From a bacterium (GTDB taxonomy: Bacteria > SAR324 > JACQKK01): 64,000 nucleotides of DNA. The position numbers and the translations under genes were made by a program. This document shows, piece by piece, positions 19,759-29,405 of this stretch; position 1 is the first letter of the stretch, and each line of letters starts with the position of its first letter. The DNA lies in assembly GCA_965249525.1 (NCBI GenBank), contig OZ252237.1, forward strand, positions 1,241,470 to 1,305,469. Direction: 5' to 3'. Under the pieces are notes generated by a model. That model had not been told where the DNA came from, did not search any database, and saw only the letters and a program-made list of their open reading frames with translations.

Positions 19759-21165
19759 ATGAAAACTCTACAATCATCATATACTGTGCCGAGCGTGTTT
19801 GTCTTGCTGTTATCGGCTGTGCTGCTAAGCCTTGCCAGCTGCGGCGGGGGTGGAGGCGGCGGCGGTGGCAGCAGCAACGGCGGCAGCAGCGCTGCCATAA
19901 AAGTTAGTGCTATCTCAGCAGGGAATAGCCACACTTGTGCCATCCTCAGCACAGGCGCCGCCCAGTGCTGGGGAAATAACGCCACCGGCCAGCTGGGCAA
20001 CAACAGCACCGCTGAGAGCAATCTTCCTGTGGCTGTGGTGCAAACCCCTGCCGATACTTCTGACTCTGATAAGCATACCTCTGCCGTTCTGCTGGACAGC
20101 GGGGTCGATAAAATCTCAGCAGGGAGTGAGCACACTTGTGCCGTCCTCAGCACAGGCGCCGCCCAGTGCTGGGGGAGTAACGTGAATGGACGGCTGGGCA
20201 ACAGTGATACCGATGACAGCAGTACTCCCATGGATGTCACAGGGCTGAACAGCGAGGTCACTGCCATCTCAGCAGGGGGGCAGCACACTTGTGCCATTCA
20301 TGGTGGCGCCGCCTTCTGCTGGGGGAACATGAGCGATGGACGGCTGGGTAACAACATGAATCCCGCGGCTAGTGCTACGATTAAGCATAGCGATGTTCCT
20401 GTGGCTGTGCTGCTAACCGCTGAAACCACTACCACCAGTGGCGGCACCTCCACCACCACCGCTGCCACATTCATGGAGGGCGATGTGGATGCCATCATCT
20501 CAGCAGGGACTTTTCACACTTGCGCCGTTCACCTGGAAACAGCCTACTGCTGGGGGGCCGATGGCCATGGACGGCTGGGCAACGGCGCTGATATTACCGA
20601 CAATCAAGGCCTACCCACGCTTGTGGATGTGAGCGCGCTGGAGAGCGGAGTCATGATTAACATCTCAGCAGGGCTTCAGCACACTTGTGCCATTCACAGG
20701 ACTACTGCTGGCGGTGTTAATAAGGATGCCGCCTACTGCTGGGGGAGCAACAGCCATGGTCAGCTGGGCAACGGTGCTACTAGCGGCGAGCAAAATGCAC
20801 CCGTGCCAGTTGGCGGCGAGCTAGGCGATCTGGTCACTGACATCTCAGCAGGGGGGGTTCACACTTGTGCCATTCAAGATGGCAAAGCCTGGTGCTGGGG
20901 TAATAACAACCTGGGTCAGCTGGGCAGAGTGCTTGGTGTATCTCCAATGGTAAGCGGTACACCCGAGGCTGTGGCAACCACCGATGGCGGCAAACAGCTA
21001 AGCGGGGTCAATAAAATCTCAGCAGGGAACACTCACACTTGTGCGCTGCTTAACACTGGTGTTGTCCAATGCTGGGGGAGTAACGGACAGGGACGGCTGG
21101 GGGTTGGCGCGCTTGAAGGTGGTGATGCCACAACCTTCACGCCCCAAACCCTGAGCTTTAAGTAA
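19759..21165 (+). CDS. RCC1-repeat (7-blade) lipoprotein g5
   Basis: LASC + 9 Gly, seven repeats. Confidence 0.9.
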   Translation: MKTLQSSYTVPSVFVLLLSAVLLSLASCGGGGGGGGGSSNGGSSAAIKVSAISAGNSHTCAILSTGAAQCWGNNATGQLGNNSTAESNLPVAVVQTPADTSDSDKHTSAVLLDSGVDKISAGSEHTCAVLSTGAAQCWGSNVNGRLGNSDTDDSSTPMDVTGLNSEVTAISAGGQHTCAIHGGAAFCWGNMSDGRLGNNMNPAASATIKHSDVPVAVLLTAETTTTSGGTSTTTAATFMEGDVDAIISAGTFHTCAVHLETAYCWGADGHGRLGNGADITDNQGLPTLVDVSALESGVMINISAGLQHTCAIHRTTAGGVNKDAAYCWGSNSHGQLGNGATSGEQNAPVPVGGELGDLVTDISAGGVHTCAIQDGKAWCWGNNNLGQLGRVLGVSPMVSGTPEAVATTDGGKQLSGVNKISAGNTHTCALLNTGVVQCWGSNGQGRLGVGALEGGDATTFTPQTLSFK

Positions 21166-21389
21166 CAACCCTTCCCGCCACCACCAAGGCTGCTGTCTGT
21201 AACCAGGCAGCAGCCTTTTTTGCAGCGTCCTGACTGCCAAAAAATGAATATCTATGCTATAATAGCATTTAGCACAAAGCAAGTGAATTGATTATAAACT
21301 GGCTTTTGGTGCAAACCCAGGCTATCTTGTAAGAGGCTATCTTGTAAGCTCGTGAGGCAACCTATATTCACACTTCTAAGGAGGAGATT
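21163..21389 (+). repeat. RCC1 cassette leader L6
   Basis: Matches L2/L3 apart from the left terminator flank. Confidence 0.9.
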
Positions 21390-22751
21390 ATGAAAACTCT
21401 ACAATCATCATATACTGTGCCGGGCCTGTTTGTCTTGCTGTTATCGGCTGTGCTGCTAAGCCTTGCCAGCTGCGGCGGCGGAGGCGGCGGCGGTGGCAGC
21501 AGCAACGGCGGCGGCAGCGCTGCCATAAAAGTTAGTGCTATCTCAGCAGGGAATAGCCACACTTGTGCCATCCTCAGCACAGGCGCCGCCCAGTGCTGGG
21601 GAAATAACGCCACCGGCCAGCTGGGCAACAACAGCACCGCTGAGAGCAATCTTCCTGTGGCTGTGGTGCAAACCCCTGCCGATACTTCTGACTCTGATAA
21701 GCATACCTCTGCCGTTCTGCTGGACAGCGGGGTCACTGCCATCTCAGCAAGGGGTCTTCATACTTGTGCCATTCATAATGGTGCCGCCAAGTGCTGGGGG
21801 TTCAACGGCAATGGACGGCTGGGTACCGCCTCCAGCACTGACACCAAGATTCCCCATCAGGTTTTAGGAGAGCTGGACAGCGATGCCACTACCAGTGCCA
21901 TCTCAGCAGGGGGGCAGCACACTTGTGCCATTCATGGTGGCGCCGCCTTCTGCTGGGGGAACATGCTCAGTGGACGGCTGGGTAACAACATGGTTGCCGA
22001 TGCGTTTAGCGATTTTCCTGTGGCTGTGCTGCTAAAAGCTGCAGTTACCACCGACCCCACCGAACCTGCCAAATTCATGGACGGCGATGTGGATGCCATC
22101 ATCTCAGCAGGGGAGTCTTACACTTGTGCCGTTCACCTGGAAAAAGCCTACTGCTGGGGGTACAACGGCAGTGGACAGCTGGGCAACGACACTACCGACA
22201 ATAAAAGCCTAGCCACGCTTGTGAGCGTGGACAGCGGAGTCATGATTAACATCTCAGCAGGGCTTCAGCACACTTGTGCCATTCACAGGACTACTGCTGG
22301 CGGTGTTAATAAGGATGCCGCCTACTGCTGGGGGAGCAACAGCCATGGTCAGCTGGGCAACGGTGTTACTAGAGGCAATCAAAGTGCACCCGTGGAAGTT
22401 GGCGGCGAGCTAGGCGATCTGGTCACTGACATCTCAGCAGGGGCTTCTCACACTTGTGCCGTTCAAGATGGCAAAGCCTGGTGCTGGGGTAATAACAGCC
22501 AGGGTCAGCTGGGCAGAGTGCTTGGTGTATCTCCAATGGTAAGCGCTACACCCGTGGCTGTGGACCCCAGCGGTGACGGCAGAGGCCAGCTAAGCGGGGT
22601 CAATAAAATCTCAGCAGGGCAATTTCACACTTGTGCGCTGCTTAACACTGGCGTTGTCCAATGCTGGGGGGGTAACGGCAATGGACAGCTGGGGGTTGGC
22701 AGCAAGCCTGCTGGCTCAACCTCCACGCCCCAAACCGTGCGTGAACCCTAA
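21390..22751 (+). CDS. RCC1-repeat (7-blade) lipoprotein g6
   Basis: LASC + 8 Gly, seven repeats, ends TPQTVREP. Confidence 0.9.
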   Translation: MKTLQSSYTVPGLFVLLLSAVLLSLASCGGGGGGGGSSNGGGSAAIKVSAISAGNSHTCAILSTGAAQCWGNNATGQLGNNSTAESNLPVAVVQTPADTSDSDKHTSAVLLDSGVTAISARGLHTCAIHNGAAKCWGFNGNGRLGTASSTDTKIPHQVLGELDSDATTSAISAGGQHTCAIHGGAAFCWGNMLSGRLGNNMVADAFSDFPVAVLLKAAVTTDPTEPAKFMDGDVDAIISAGESYTCAVHLEKAYCWGYNGSGQLGNDTTDNKSLATLVSVDSGVMINISAGLQHTCAIHRTTAGGVNKDAAYCWGSNSHGQLGNGVTRGNQSAPVEVGGELGDLVTDISAGASHTCAVQDGKAWCWGNNSQGQLGRVLGVSPMVSATPVAVDPSGDGRGQLSGVNKISAGQFHTCALLNTGVVQCWGGNGNGQLGVGSKPAGSTSTPQTVREP

Positions 22752-22785
22752 GCTTTGAGTAACAACCCGCCTAACTAGCATCAAG

Positions 22786-22819
22786 GCTGCTGATTGCTGG
22801 TGCATTCTAACTGCTTCAG
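22786..22819 (+). repeat. Left arm of 34-bp inverted repeat (partner 24416-24449)
   Basis: gctgctgattgctggtgcattctaactgcttcag; 33/34 to the reverse complement of the partner. Confidence 0.9.
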
Positions 22820-22900
22820 AGGGAGGGGGTGTTGTTTTTGTGATAGCATGATGCCATGAATATCTGGGGGAGGAAGGGGGTGGGTGTTGGTTGATAAGCG

Positions 22901-24016
22901 ATGGAACAGGGAACTTTGATTGTAGGGGGCGGAGTGATAGGCTTGGCTTGCGGATGGGTGTTGTGCAAGCGGGGCGAGCGGGTATTGTTGTGTGAACGGG
23001 GAGAGGCGGGAAAGGAGGCTTCTTGGGCTGCTGCGGGGATGCTGGCACCCTCAAGTGAGGTGGAGCTGGGGGAGGAAGATGTGAATTGGCTGGGTCGTGA
23101 GAGTTTGCGGTTGTATCCTGATTTTGTGAAGGAGTTGGAAGCAGCCAGCGGGGAGCGGGTGGAATTTCGCCAGGAGGGGACGCTGCAGCTGGCTTTGGAT
23201 GCGGATGAGCTGCGAGAGTTAGAACGGCGGTTTGAGCGTCAGCGTAAAATGAAGGCAGAGGTGCGCTGGTTGTCTGGAGAAGAGGCACAGGATTTGGAGC
23301 GGGGTTTATCGCCTCGGGTAGTGGGTGGGATTGATGCCTTTGGGGATTATCAGGTAGACAATCGCCAGTTGGTGAGGGCTTTGCGCCAGGCATTTTTGTC
23401 TGAGGGGGGGGAGCTGCGTGAGCATTGTGAGGTGGAGGCATTGCTGCCGAGAAACGGGGGTGCGCCGGGGGTGCGCGCAGCAGGAGAAGAGCTGTACTAC
23501 CAGCGGGTTTTGTTGACTGCTGGCTGCTGGAGTGGGAGCATTGCAGGTTTGGATTGCCTAGGGTCTTTGCCGCTGCGACCGATAAAAGGTCAGATGCTTT
23601 GCCTGAGGTCGCCGCTGAATGCTGCACCACGACATGTGCTGCGTGGTCATGGGGTGTATTTGACTCCGCGGGGGGATGGTCGGGTGTTGGTGGGGGCATC
23701 GGTGGAGGAGCGGGGTTTCAACAAACAGCTGACTGCTGGTGTGTTGTTTTCTTTGCTGCGGGAAGCCCGACGTCTGCTTCCTGGCGTGGATGAGTGGCCT
23801 ATGGAAGAGGCTTGGGCAGGCTTAAGACCAGGCACCCGAGACAATGCTCCCATTATGGGTCAGCTGGCTGCGGGACTTTTTGTGGCTACGGGACATTATC
23901 GCAATGGTATCTTGCATACACCCATCACCGCCTACAGCCTTAGCCGTCTCATGTTGGATAATCACTGCCCCCCTGTTATTCAGCCCTTCTCTGCCAAGCG
24001 ATTCCAAGTCCCTTAA
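22901..24016 (+). CDS. thiO: Glycine oxidase ThiO
   Basis: IVGGGVIG FAD site, ASWAAAGMLAP, PIKGQML, WAGLRPGT, TGHYRNGILHTP. Confidence 0.88.
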   Translation: MEQGTLIVGGGVIGLACGWVLCKRGERVLLCERGEAGKEASWAAAGMLAPSSEVELGEEDVNWLGRESLRLYPDFVKELEAASGERVEFRQEGTLQLALDADELRELERRFERQRKMKAEVRWLSGEEAQDLERGLSPRVVGGIDAFGDYQVDNRQLVRALRQAFLSEGGELREHCEVEALLPRNGGAPGVRAAGEELYYQRVLLTAGCWSGSIAGLDCLGSLPLRPIKGQMLCLRSPLNAAPRHVLRGHGVYLTPRGDGRVLVGASVEERGFNKQLTAGVLFSLLREARRLLPGVDEWPMEEAWAGLRPGTRDNAPIMGQLAAGLFVATGHYRNGILHTPITAYSLSRLMLDNHCPPVIQPFSAKRFQVP

Positions 24017-24387
24017 AAGCGTATCTCAAAATTTCTCAAAGGACAATTCTCTGCTGGGACTTTTTCCACCAAGAGTTCCCTTACCTGGGCATGCGAAGGG
24101 CCTCTGCGCAGCTGCGCCAGCATTTTGGGGCGGGTGTGGGCATTTAAGCGCATCACAGCTTCCACACGACCATCAGGCAAGTTGCGCACCCAGCCCGCCA
24201 CTTTCAGCTGCCGAGCGCAGCTGCTAACAAAATAACGATATCCCACCCCCTGCACCCGTCCTGCTGCCACAATGCGCAGCACTTCAATATCCCCCTTCCC
24301 AGCAGAGTCTGAGGAAGTGCCCATAGGAAGTGCCCATAAAGCGTACTTTGCTGTTACTGCCAAAGCCCACGCATTGTCCTCGCCCAA
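24013..24387 (-). CDS. acyP: Acylphosphatase (start uncertain)
   Basis: GRVQGVGYR and GWVRNLPDGRVEA signatures. Confidence 0.9.
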   Translation of the reverse strand: MGEDNAWALAVTAKYALWALPMGTSSDSAGKGDIEVLRIVAAGRVQGVGYRYFVSSCARQLKVAGWVRNLPDGRVEAVMRLNAHTRPKMLAQLRRGPSHAQVRELLVEKVPAENCPLRNFEIRF

Positions 24388-24415
24388 ACAGGGGAAGATG
24401 CCCTCTTAAGTGTAC

Positions 24416-24449
24416 CTGAAGCAGTTAGAATACACCAGCAATCAGCAGC
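24416..24449 (-). repeat. Right arm of 34-bp inverted repeat
   Basis: ctgaagcagttagaatacaccagcaatcagcagc. Confidence 0.9.
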
Positions 24450-24463
24450 TTTGCTGCCACGGC

Positions 24464-26806
24464 TTATTCAAACAACACGGTTTGGGGGGTGTTGCTGCTA
24501 TTGGTGCTGCCGTCGCCCAGCCGTCCATTGCCGTTATGCCCCCAGCACTTGGCCTGGCCTGCATGAACCGCACAAGTGTGATTCTCCCCTGCTGAAATAA
24601 CAGTGACATCGCTAGTCAGCCCCCTCACCTGCACGGGGGTTTCCTCCTGTGCGGTGCCGTCGTTGCCCAGCTTACCTAAGTTGTGCCCCCAGCACCAGGC
24701 ACTTCCGTTGGCAATCGCACAAGTGAACCCATCCCCTGCTGAGATAGCAGTGACATTGCTGCTTAGCTTGCTGCCAACGGCTCCCACCTCCACGGGAATA
24801 GTATTGTCAGTGGTGCTGCCGTTGCCCAGCTGGCCGTTGTCGTTCAATCCCCAGCACTTGGCGGCACCATTGTGAACCGCACAAGTATGTTTCTCCCCTG
24901 CTGAGATGGCAGAGACCTGGCTGCCCAGCCCACTCACCTGCACGGGGATGTTCTTCTGTGCGGTGCCATTGGCGGCGTAGCCCAGCTGTCCATTGCCCCC
25001 AAACCCCCAGCACCAGGCACCTCCGCTGACCAGCGCACAAGAGTGTGCAACCCCTGCTGTTATGTTCTCAACCCCGCTGTCCAGCAGGACGGCTTCGTTA
25101 CCACCATCGGCAGGGGTTTTCACCACAGCCGCAGGAAAAATGCGGTCAGTGGTGGTATTGTCGTCGCCCAGCCGTCCATTGGTGGCAGACCCCCAGCACC
25201 AGGCACCTCCGCTGATCACCGCACAAGTGTGATACCTCCCTGCTGCCAGGTGCGTAACCCCGCTGTCCAGCAGGGTGTCAGGGGGGGTTTTCACCACAGC
25301 TACGGGAACACGGCTAGTAGTTGTGCTGTTGTCGCCCAGCTGACCACTCACGCCATCTCCCCAGCACCAGACTCCCTCGTTCACAATGGCACAAGTGTGC
25401 TCCCTCCCTGCTGAGATGGTACTGGCAAGATGTGCCAAAACCATAATTGCAACCCTATCCGAACAGTCATTGGTACTGTCGGAGTCTCCAGCAACTGCAT
25501 CCACACAGGCATAGTAGTGATAAGTGCCAGGGGGAAGGTCATCAGGTAGGGTAATGGTGGTGGAAATATCAAAAGTAGCCCCAACAGCCAGTGCATTCAC
25601 CGTGGTGCTTGTGCCTACCTCAGTATCGTCATCAGGATTGCCTACGAGGTTTAGAGAACGGTAGATGCTAAGGGTGCTGCTGTCAGCCCTGAGGCTGCCA
25701 GTGTTGCGCACCGTGACCGAAAAGCTGAAAGAGTTCCCACGCTGCAAGACGCTGGTGTCAGCAGTAGCTGAGACCAACCCGAGGTTTGGAACAGTTGCAA
25801 CCATGATTGTATGGGAACAGTTGTTGGCGCTGTTGGAATCACCAGTAACTGCATCCACACAGGCATAGTAGTAATAAGTGCCAGGGGGAAGGTCATCAGG
25901 TAGGGTAATGGTGGTGGAAATATCAAAAGTAGCCCCAACAGCCAGTGCATTCACCGTGCTTGTGCCTGCCTCAGTATCATCAGCTGGAACAAGGGTCTTG
26001 TCTGCCGAGCGGTAGATTCTAAGGGTGCTGCTGCCAGCACTGAGGCTGCCAGTGTTGCGCACCGTGACCGAAAAGCTGAAAGATTTCCCACTCTGCAAGG
26101 TGCTGGTGTCAGCACTAGCGGATATTAGATTGAGGTCTGGAACAGGTGTTGCCGAAACGCTGACAACCACAGAGAAACAGTTGTTGGCGGGGCTGCTGTC
26201 ATCATGGTGTGCAACACAAGCCCCATAATAGTAAGTACCAGCAGTATCAGGTGCGGTAATCTCGATGCCTGCATGGTCAAAGGTGTTGCTGCCTGCCTCG
26301 GCACTGATGGCATCCAGCGTCACTGGCGAACCTTTTGGGGTGTCAGAGTCAGTGATGGTGGTGTCGTCTGTTGACTGGTAGTAAGTGAGGGTGCCGCCGC
26401 TGGCTGCCTCTGTACTGCCTTGATTGGTGATAGTAGCCAAGAGGGTAAAGGAGGTGGACACCTCTGGCGAAGATGGGTTTGCCGAAGCTGAGATGCTTAA
26501 ATCGGTTGCCGGTGTCCCTGCGGGTGTCCCTGCGGGGGTCTCTGCGGGTGTTGCTGCGGGTGTTGCTGCGGGTGTTGCTGCGGGTGTCTCTGCGGGTGTG
26601 CCGCTGCCGTCGCTCTCTTCTTTTCCGCCTCCGCCGCCGCAGCTGCCCAGCAGCAGCAGCACAGGCAGCAACAGCACCCACAATAGCGGGGCAAGAGAGA
26701 AACCCAGATTGCCAGATACAGCCTGAGGGGAGGTGGTGGTTTTAGTAGAGTTAAGCAATATAAAAGCTTGTCTGGAAACTTTGGTTATTGCTTTCCAAAC
26801 CCCCAT
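24464..26806 (-). CDS. Lipoprotein with 3 CARDB-like domains and 6 RCC1 repeats
   Basis: Lipobox LGSC + Gly, PAAT repeats, CARDB 2 and 3 near-duplicates; start moved to MGVWK because the promoter lies inside the ORF-track extension. Confidence 0.85.
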   Translation of the reverse strand: MGVWKAITKVSRQAFILLNSTKTTTSPQAVSGNLGFSLAPLLWVLLLPVLLLLGSCGGGGGKEESDGSGTPAETPAATPAATPAATPAETPAGTPAGTPATDLSISASANPSSPEVSTSFTLLATITNQGSTEAASGGTLTYYQSTDDTTITDSDTPKGSPVTLDAISAEAGSNTFDHAGIEITAPDTAGTYYYGACVAHHDDSSPANNCFSVVVSVSATPVPDLNLISASADTSTLQSGKSFSFSVTVRNTGSLSAGSSTLRIYRSADKTLVPADDTEAGTSTVNALAVGATFDISTTITLPDDLPPGTYYYYACVDAVTGDSNSANNCSHTIMVATVPNLGLVSATADTSVLQRGNSFSFSVTVRNTGSLRADSSTLSIYRSLNLVGNPDDDTEVGTSTTVNALAVGATFDISTTITLPDDLPPGTYHYYACVDAVAGDSDSTNDCSDRVAIMVLAHLASTISAGREHTCAIVNEGVWCWGDGVSGQLGDNSTTTSRVPVAVVKTPPDTLLDSGVTHLAAGRYHTCAVISGGAWCWGSATNGRLGDDNTTTDRIFPAAVVKTPADGGNEAVLLDSGVENITAGVAHSCALVSGGAWCWGFGGNGQLGYAANGTAQKNIPVQVSGLGSQVSAISAGEKHTCAVHNGAAKCWGLNDNGQLGNGSTTDNTIPVEVGAVGSKLSSNVTAISAGDGFTCAIANGSAWCWGHNLGKLGNDGTAQEETPVQVRGLTSDVTVISAGENHTCAVHAGQAKCWGHNGNGRLGDGSTNSSNTPQTVLFE

Positions 26807-26864
26807 GGATGAAGAATGATGACTGCTATCAATAGCAAAAACAGCAAATTCAAGATAGTCATAT

Positions 26865-26893
26865 ATCATAGAATTTTTAAAACCGCCTGTCAA
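26865..26893 (-). promoter_or_regulatory. Sigma70-type promoter TTGACA-N17-TATGAT
   Basis: Minus strand TTGACA 26893-26888, 17-bp spacer, TATGAT 26870-26865. Confidence 0.7.
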
Positions 26894-27042
26894 CTCTAAA
26901 AAAAGAGATTTTTTTATACAGGCAAAAAGCAATTGTTCAAAGGATGGTTTTGCATGTGAAAGTCAAACATGCAAGGATAGAAGTGGTTCTTAGTAGAAAT
27001 CAAAAGTTTTATTAAAACTGCTATTGCTTATGAGGAGGTGCT

Positions 27043-28263
27043 GTGATGACCAAGTATATTATTATCCAGGGAGATGGTATGGCCGACTGGCGTCAGGGGT
27101 CTCCTGACGGCAAGACCCCGCTGGAGGCTGCGCGGACGCCCAACTTTGACCGCTTGGCTGGTGCGGGTCTGTTTGGCATGACTCGCAATATTCCAGAAGG
27201 CATGCCTCCGGGTTCAGATGTGGGCAATATGGCATTGTTTGGTTATGATCCTCAAAAATACTACACAGGTCGTTCCCCACTGGAAGCCTTGGCTATGGGG
27301 GTGGCACTGGCGCCGGGCGATGTGGCTTTTCGCATGAATTTGGTGTGTTTGCGGGAGGAGAACGGAGAGGAGATCATGGATGATTACTCTGGCGGACATG
27401 TGGATGTGGCGCCTGGGAAACGGCTGGTCGCTGCCCTGCATGGAGCTTTGGGCAAGGACGGGCTGGAGTTTCATGCGGGCTTGGGCTATCGGCATTTGAT
27501 GGTCTGGCGTGGGGGCAAGCATGCCATGCGTACCACGCCGCCCCATGATCTGAGCGACAAGCCGATTGCCGCTTCCTTGCCGCAAGGAGAGGGGGCAGAG
27601 GCCTTGTTGCAGGTGATGCGTGAATCACGCCAGGTGCTGGCACCCTTGCAGACTCCAGATCAGCTGGGCGAGGGCAATCCGCGGGCGGTGACGCAAGTGT
27701 GGCTGTGGGGGCAGGGGCTGCCCACCAGCATGGACGATTTTCAAACCCATTATGGCTTGAAGGCTGCCTGCATCACTGCGGTGGATGTGGTGCGAGGTGT
27801 GGCGGTGGGTGTTGGGGCAACTTTAATCAGGGTGCCAGGTGCCACAGGGTATTTGGACACCGACTATGCTGCCAAAGGACAATATGCCTTGAACGCCTTG
27901 AATGACCATGACCTCGTCTATGTGCATATTGAAGCACCAGACGAGTCGGGTCATATGGGGGATCGTCAGGAGAAAATACGCGCTATTGAACAGATAGATG
28001 AGAAAATCGTGGGTCCCATGCTGGCAGGTTTGTCCACTCCATTTCACTTTCTTGTGACTTGTGACCATGCTACGCCCTTGGCTATCAAGACGCACAGCCC
28101 GGAGCCGGTGCCTTTTGCCCTGGCATCGGATGAAGACTTGGGGCAGTCCCGTCCCCCCAAGAAATACTGCGAGCAGGAAGCTACCACCAGCGGCGTGCTG
28201 GTAGAAGCAGGTCATACCCTGATAGAACGCATGAAGAACTACGGCGGCCGCGATGCCTCCTAG
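27043..28263 (+). CDS. apgM: 2,3-BPG-independent phosphoglycerate mutase, ApgM type
   Basis: GDGMAD, KTPLEAARTPNFD, PGSDVGNM, HIEAPDESGH, TCDHATP. Confidence 0.88.
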   Translation: MMTKYIIIQGDGMADWRQGSPDGKTPLEAARTPNFDRLAGAGLFGMTRNIPEGMPPGSDVGNMALFGYDPQKYYTGRSPLEALAMGVALAPGDVAFRMNLVCLREENGEEIMDDYSGGHVDVAPGKRLVAALHGALGKDGLEFHAGLGYRHLMVWRGGKHAMRTTPPHDLSDKPIAASLPQGEGAEALLQVMRESRQVLAPLQTPDQLGEGNPRAVTQVWLWGQGLPTSMDDFQTHYGLKAACITAVDVVRGVAVGVGATLIRVPGATGYLDTDYAAKGQYALNALNDHDLVYVHIEAPDESGHMGDRQEKIRAIEQIDEKIVGPMLAGLSTPFHFLVTCDHATPLAIKTHSPEPVPFALASDEDLGQSRPPKKYCEQEATTSGVLVEAGHTLIERMKNYGGRDAS

Positions 28264-28313
28264 CATGCAACCGAGCAAATGACCAAAACATTGCTCAGTT
28301 AGGCTGAAGAGTC

Positions 28314-29210
28314 ATGGACACTTGGGCAGTAGTTTACAATCCGCAGGCAGGCAGTTTTTCTGAGAAGCGTCTGGAAGACATCTTGCGCGCCATGCGTGCA
28401 GAGGGGGTGCGTGGGCGTGAGATGGCGTCAAGGGGTACTGGTCAGCTGGGGGAAATGGTGCGCAGCTTGAGGGGGGTCCAGCGGGTGGCGGTGTTGGGAG
28501 GGGATGGGTCATTGAATGAAGCAGCCAACGCTTTATTGGGCAGTCGCTTGCCCTTGGTGTGTTTGCCTGGGGGTACAGCCAATGTGTTGGCAGCAGAGTT
28601 GGGGATGCCCTTTAATGCCAAGGATTTGGTGCAGCAGGCGGTGCGTTCTCCTGCGGTGGAGCTGCATCCTGGGATGCTGAATCATCGTGCTTTTTTGCTG
28701 ATGGCTGGCTTGGGCTATGATGCCAGGCTGGTGCGGAGAGTGGAAGGCAGCTTGAAACGACGGCTGGGGAAATCGGCATATGTGTTGAGTGGACTGCGTG
28801 AATTGCTGCGTCCGCAGCCGATTTTTGATTGGAGGCTGCCAGGGGTGCCAGGGGTTCCAGGCAAACAGGGCTTGCAGGGACAAGCGGTGTGGTTGGTGGC
28901 TTGCAGGGCAGGTTGCTATGGGGGAAAGTTTGTTGTACTGCATCCAGAAGCCGCCTTGCTGGCAGACCAATTGGGTTTTGTGGCAGCACCCCCAGGCAGG
29001 CTGACAGGCTTGCTGCTGGAACGCTTGGTATTCAAAAGGCGAGGAAGGGGGCTCATGGGGAAGTGGGCTATGGGGGATAATTGCCAGGTTTCATCACCCA
29101 TACCACTGCATGCACAGGTGGATGGCGAATGGCTGTCCGCAGCCTGCCAGTTTCACATTGCTCTGCACCCCAAAACCATCTGGCTGGTCATGCCACAGGC
29201 TGCCCCATAA
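28314..29210 (+). CDS. Diacylglycerol/lipid kinase family protein (YegS/BmrU-like)
   Basis: [29 protein letters not shown]. Confidence 0.85.
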   Translation: MDTWAVVYNPQAGSFSEKRLEDILRAMRAEGVRGREMASRGTGQLGEMVRSLRGVQRVAVLGGDGSLNEAANALLGSRLPLVCLPGGTANVLAAELGMPFNAKDLVQQAVRSPAVELHPGMLNHRAFLLMAGLGYDARLVRRVEGSLKRRLGKSAYVLSGLRELLRPQPIFDWRLPGVPGVPGKQGLQGQAVWLVACRAGCYGGKFVVLHPEAALLADQLGFVAAPPGRLTGLLLERLVFKRRGRGLMGKWAMGDNCQVSSPIPLHAQVDGEWLSAACQFHIALHPKTIWLVMPQAAP

Positions 29211-29405
29211 TTGCTTAGCAACTGCTGTTTTTTTAGCACCAGCTGTTTTGCTCATATGTGTGGGCAATTCTTGGGGGCTGTTGACAGGTTATTGTAGAAA
29301 ATACTATCATGTAACATTATTCTAAATTTGCTGTCTGGCGATTGACAGCAGCTATGATGATAATCATCTGAGTATTTTGGAGGGGTTTTTTTAGTAGAGG
29401 GTACC

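Noticed and set aside
10541-22751. CRISPR-like alternation of constant and variable DNA
   Set aside because: Repeats are in-frame coding motifs of RCC1 blades, spacing is ~150-200 bp, and there are no cas genes
22716-23699. 327-aa Pro-rich ORF on the minus strand
   Set aside because: Antisense shadow of the G-rich thiO gene; no motifs
26807-26932. Longer ORF-track N-termini for the 24464, 185 and 37012 genes
   Set aside because: Extensions overlap predicted promoters or duplicated non-coding DNA; downstream starts match paralogs or have an RBS
29353-29371. Second Fur-like box upstream of the frameshifted CARDB-RCC1 gene
   Set aside because: Only 13/19 match in an AT-rich region; too weak without other support
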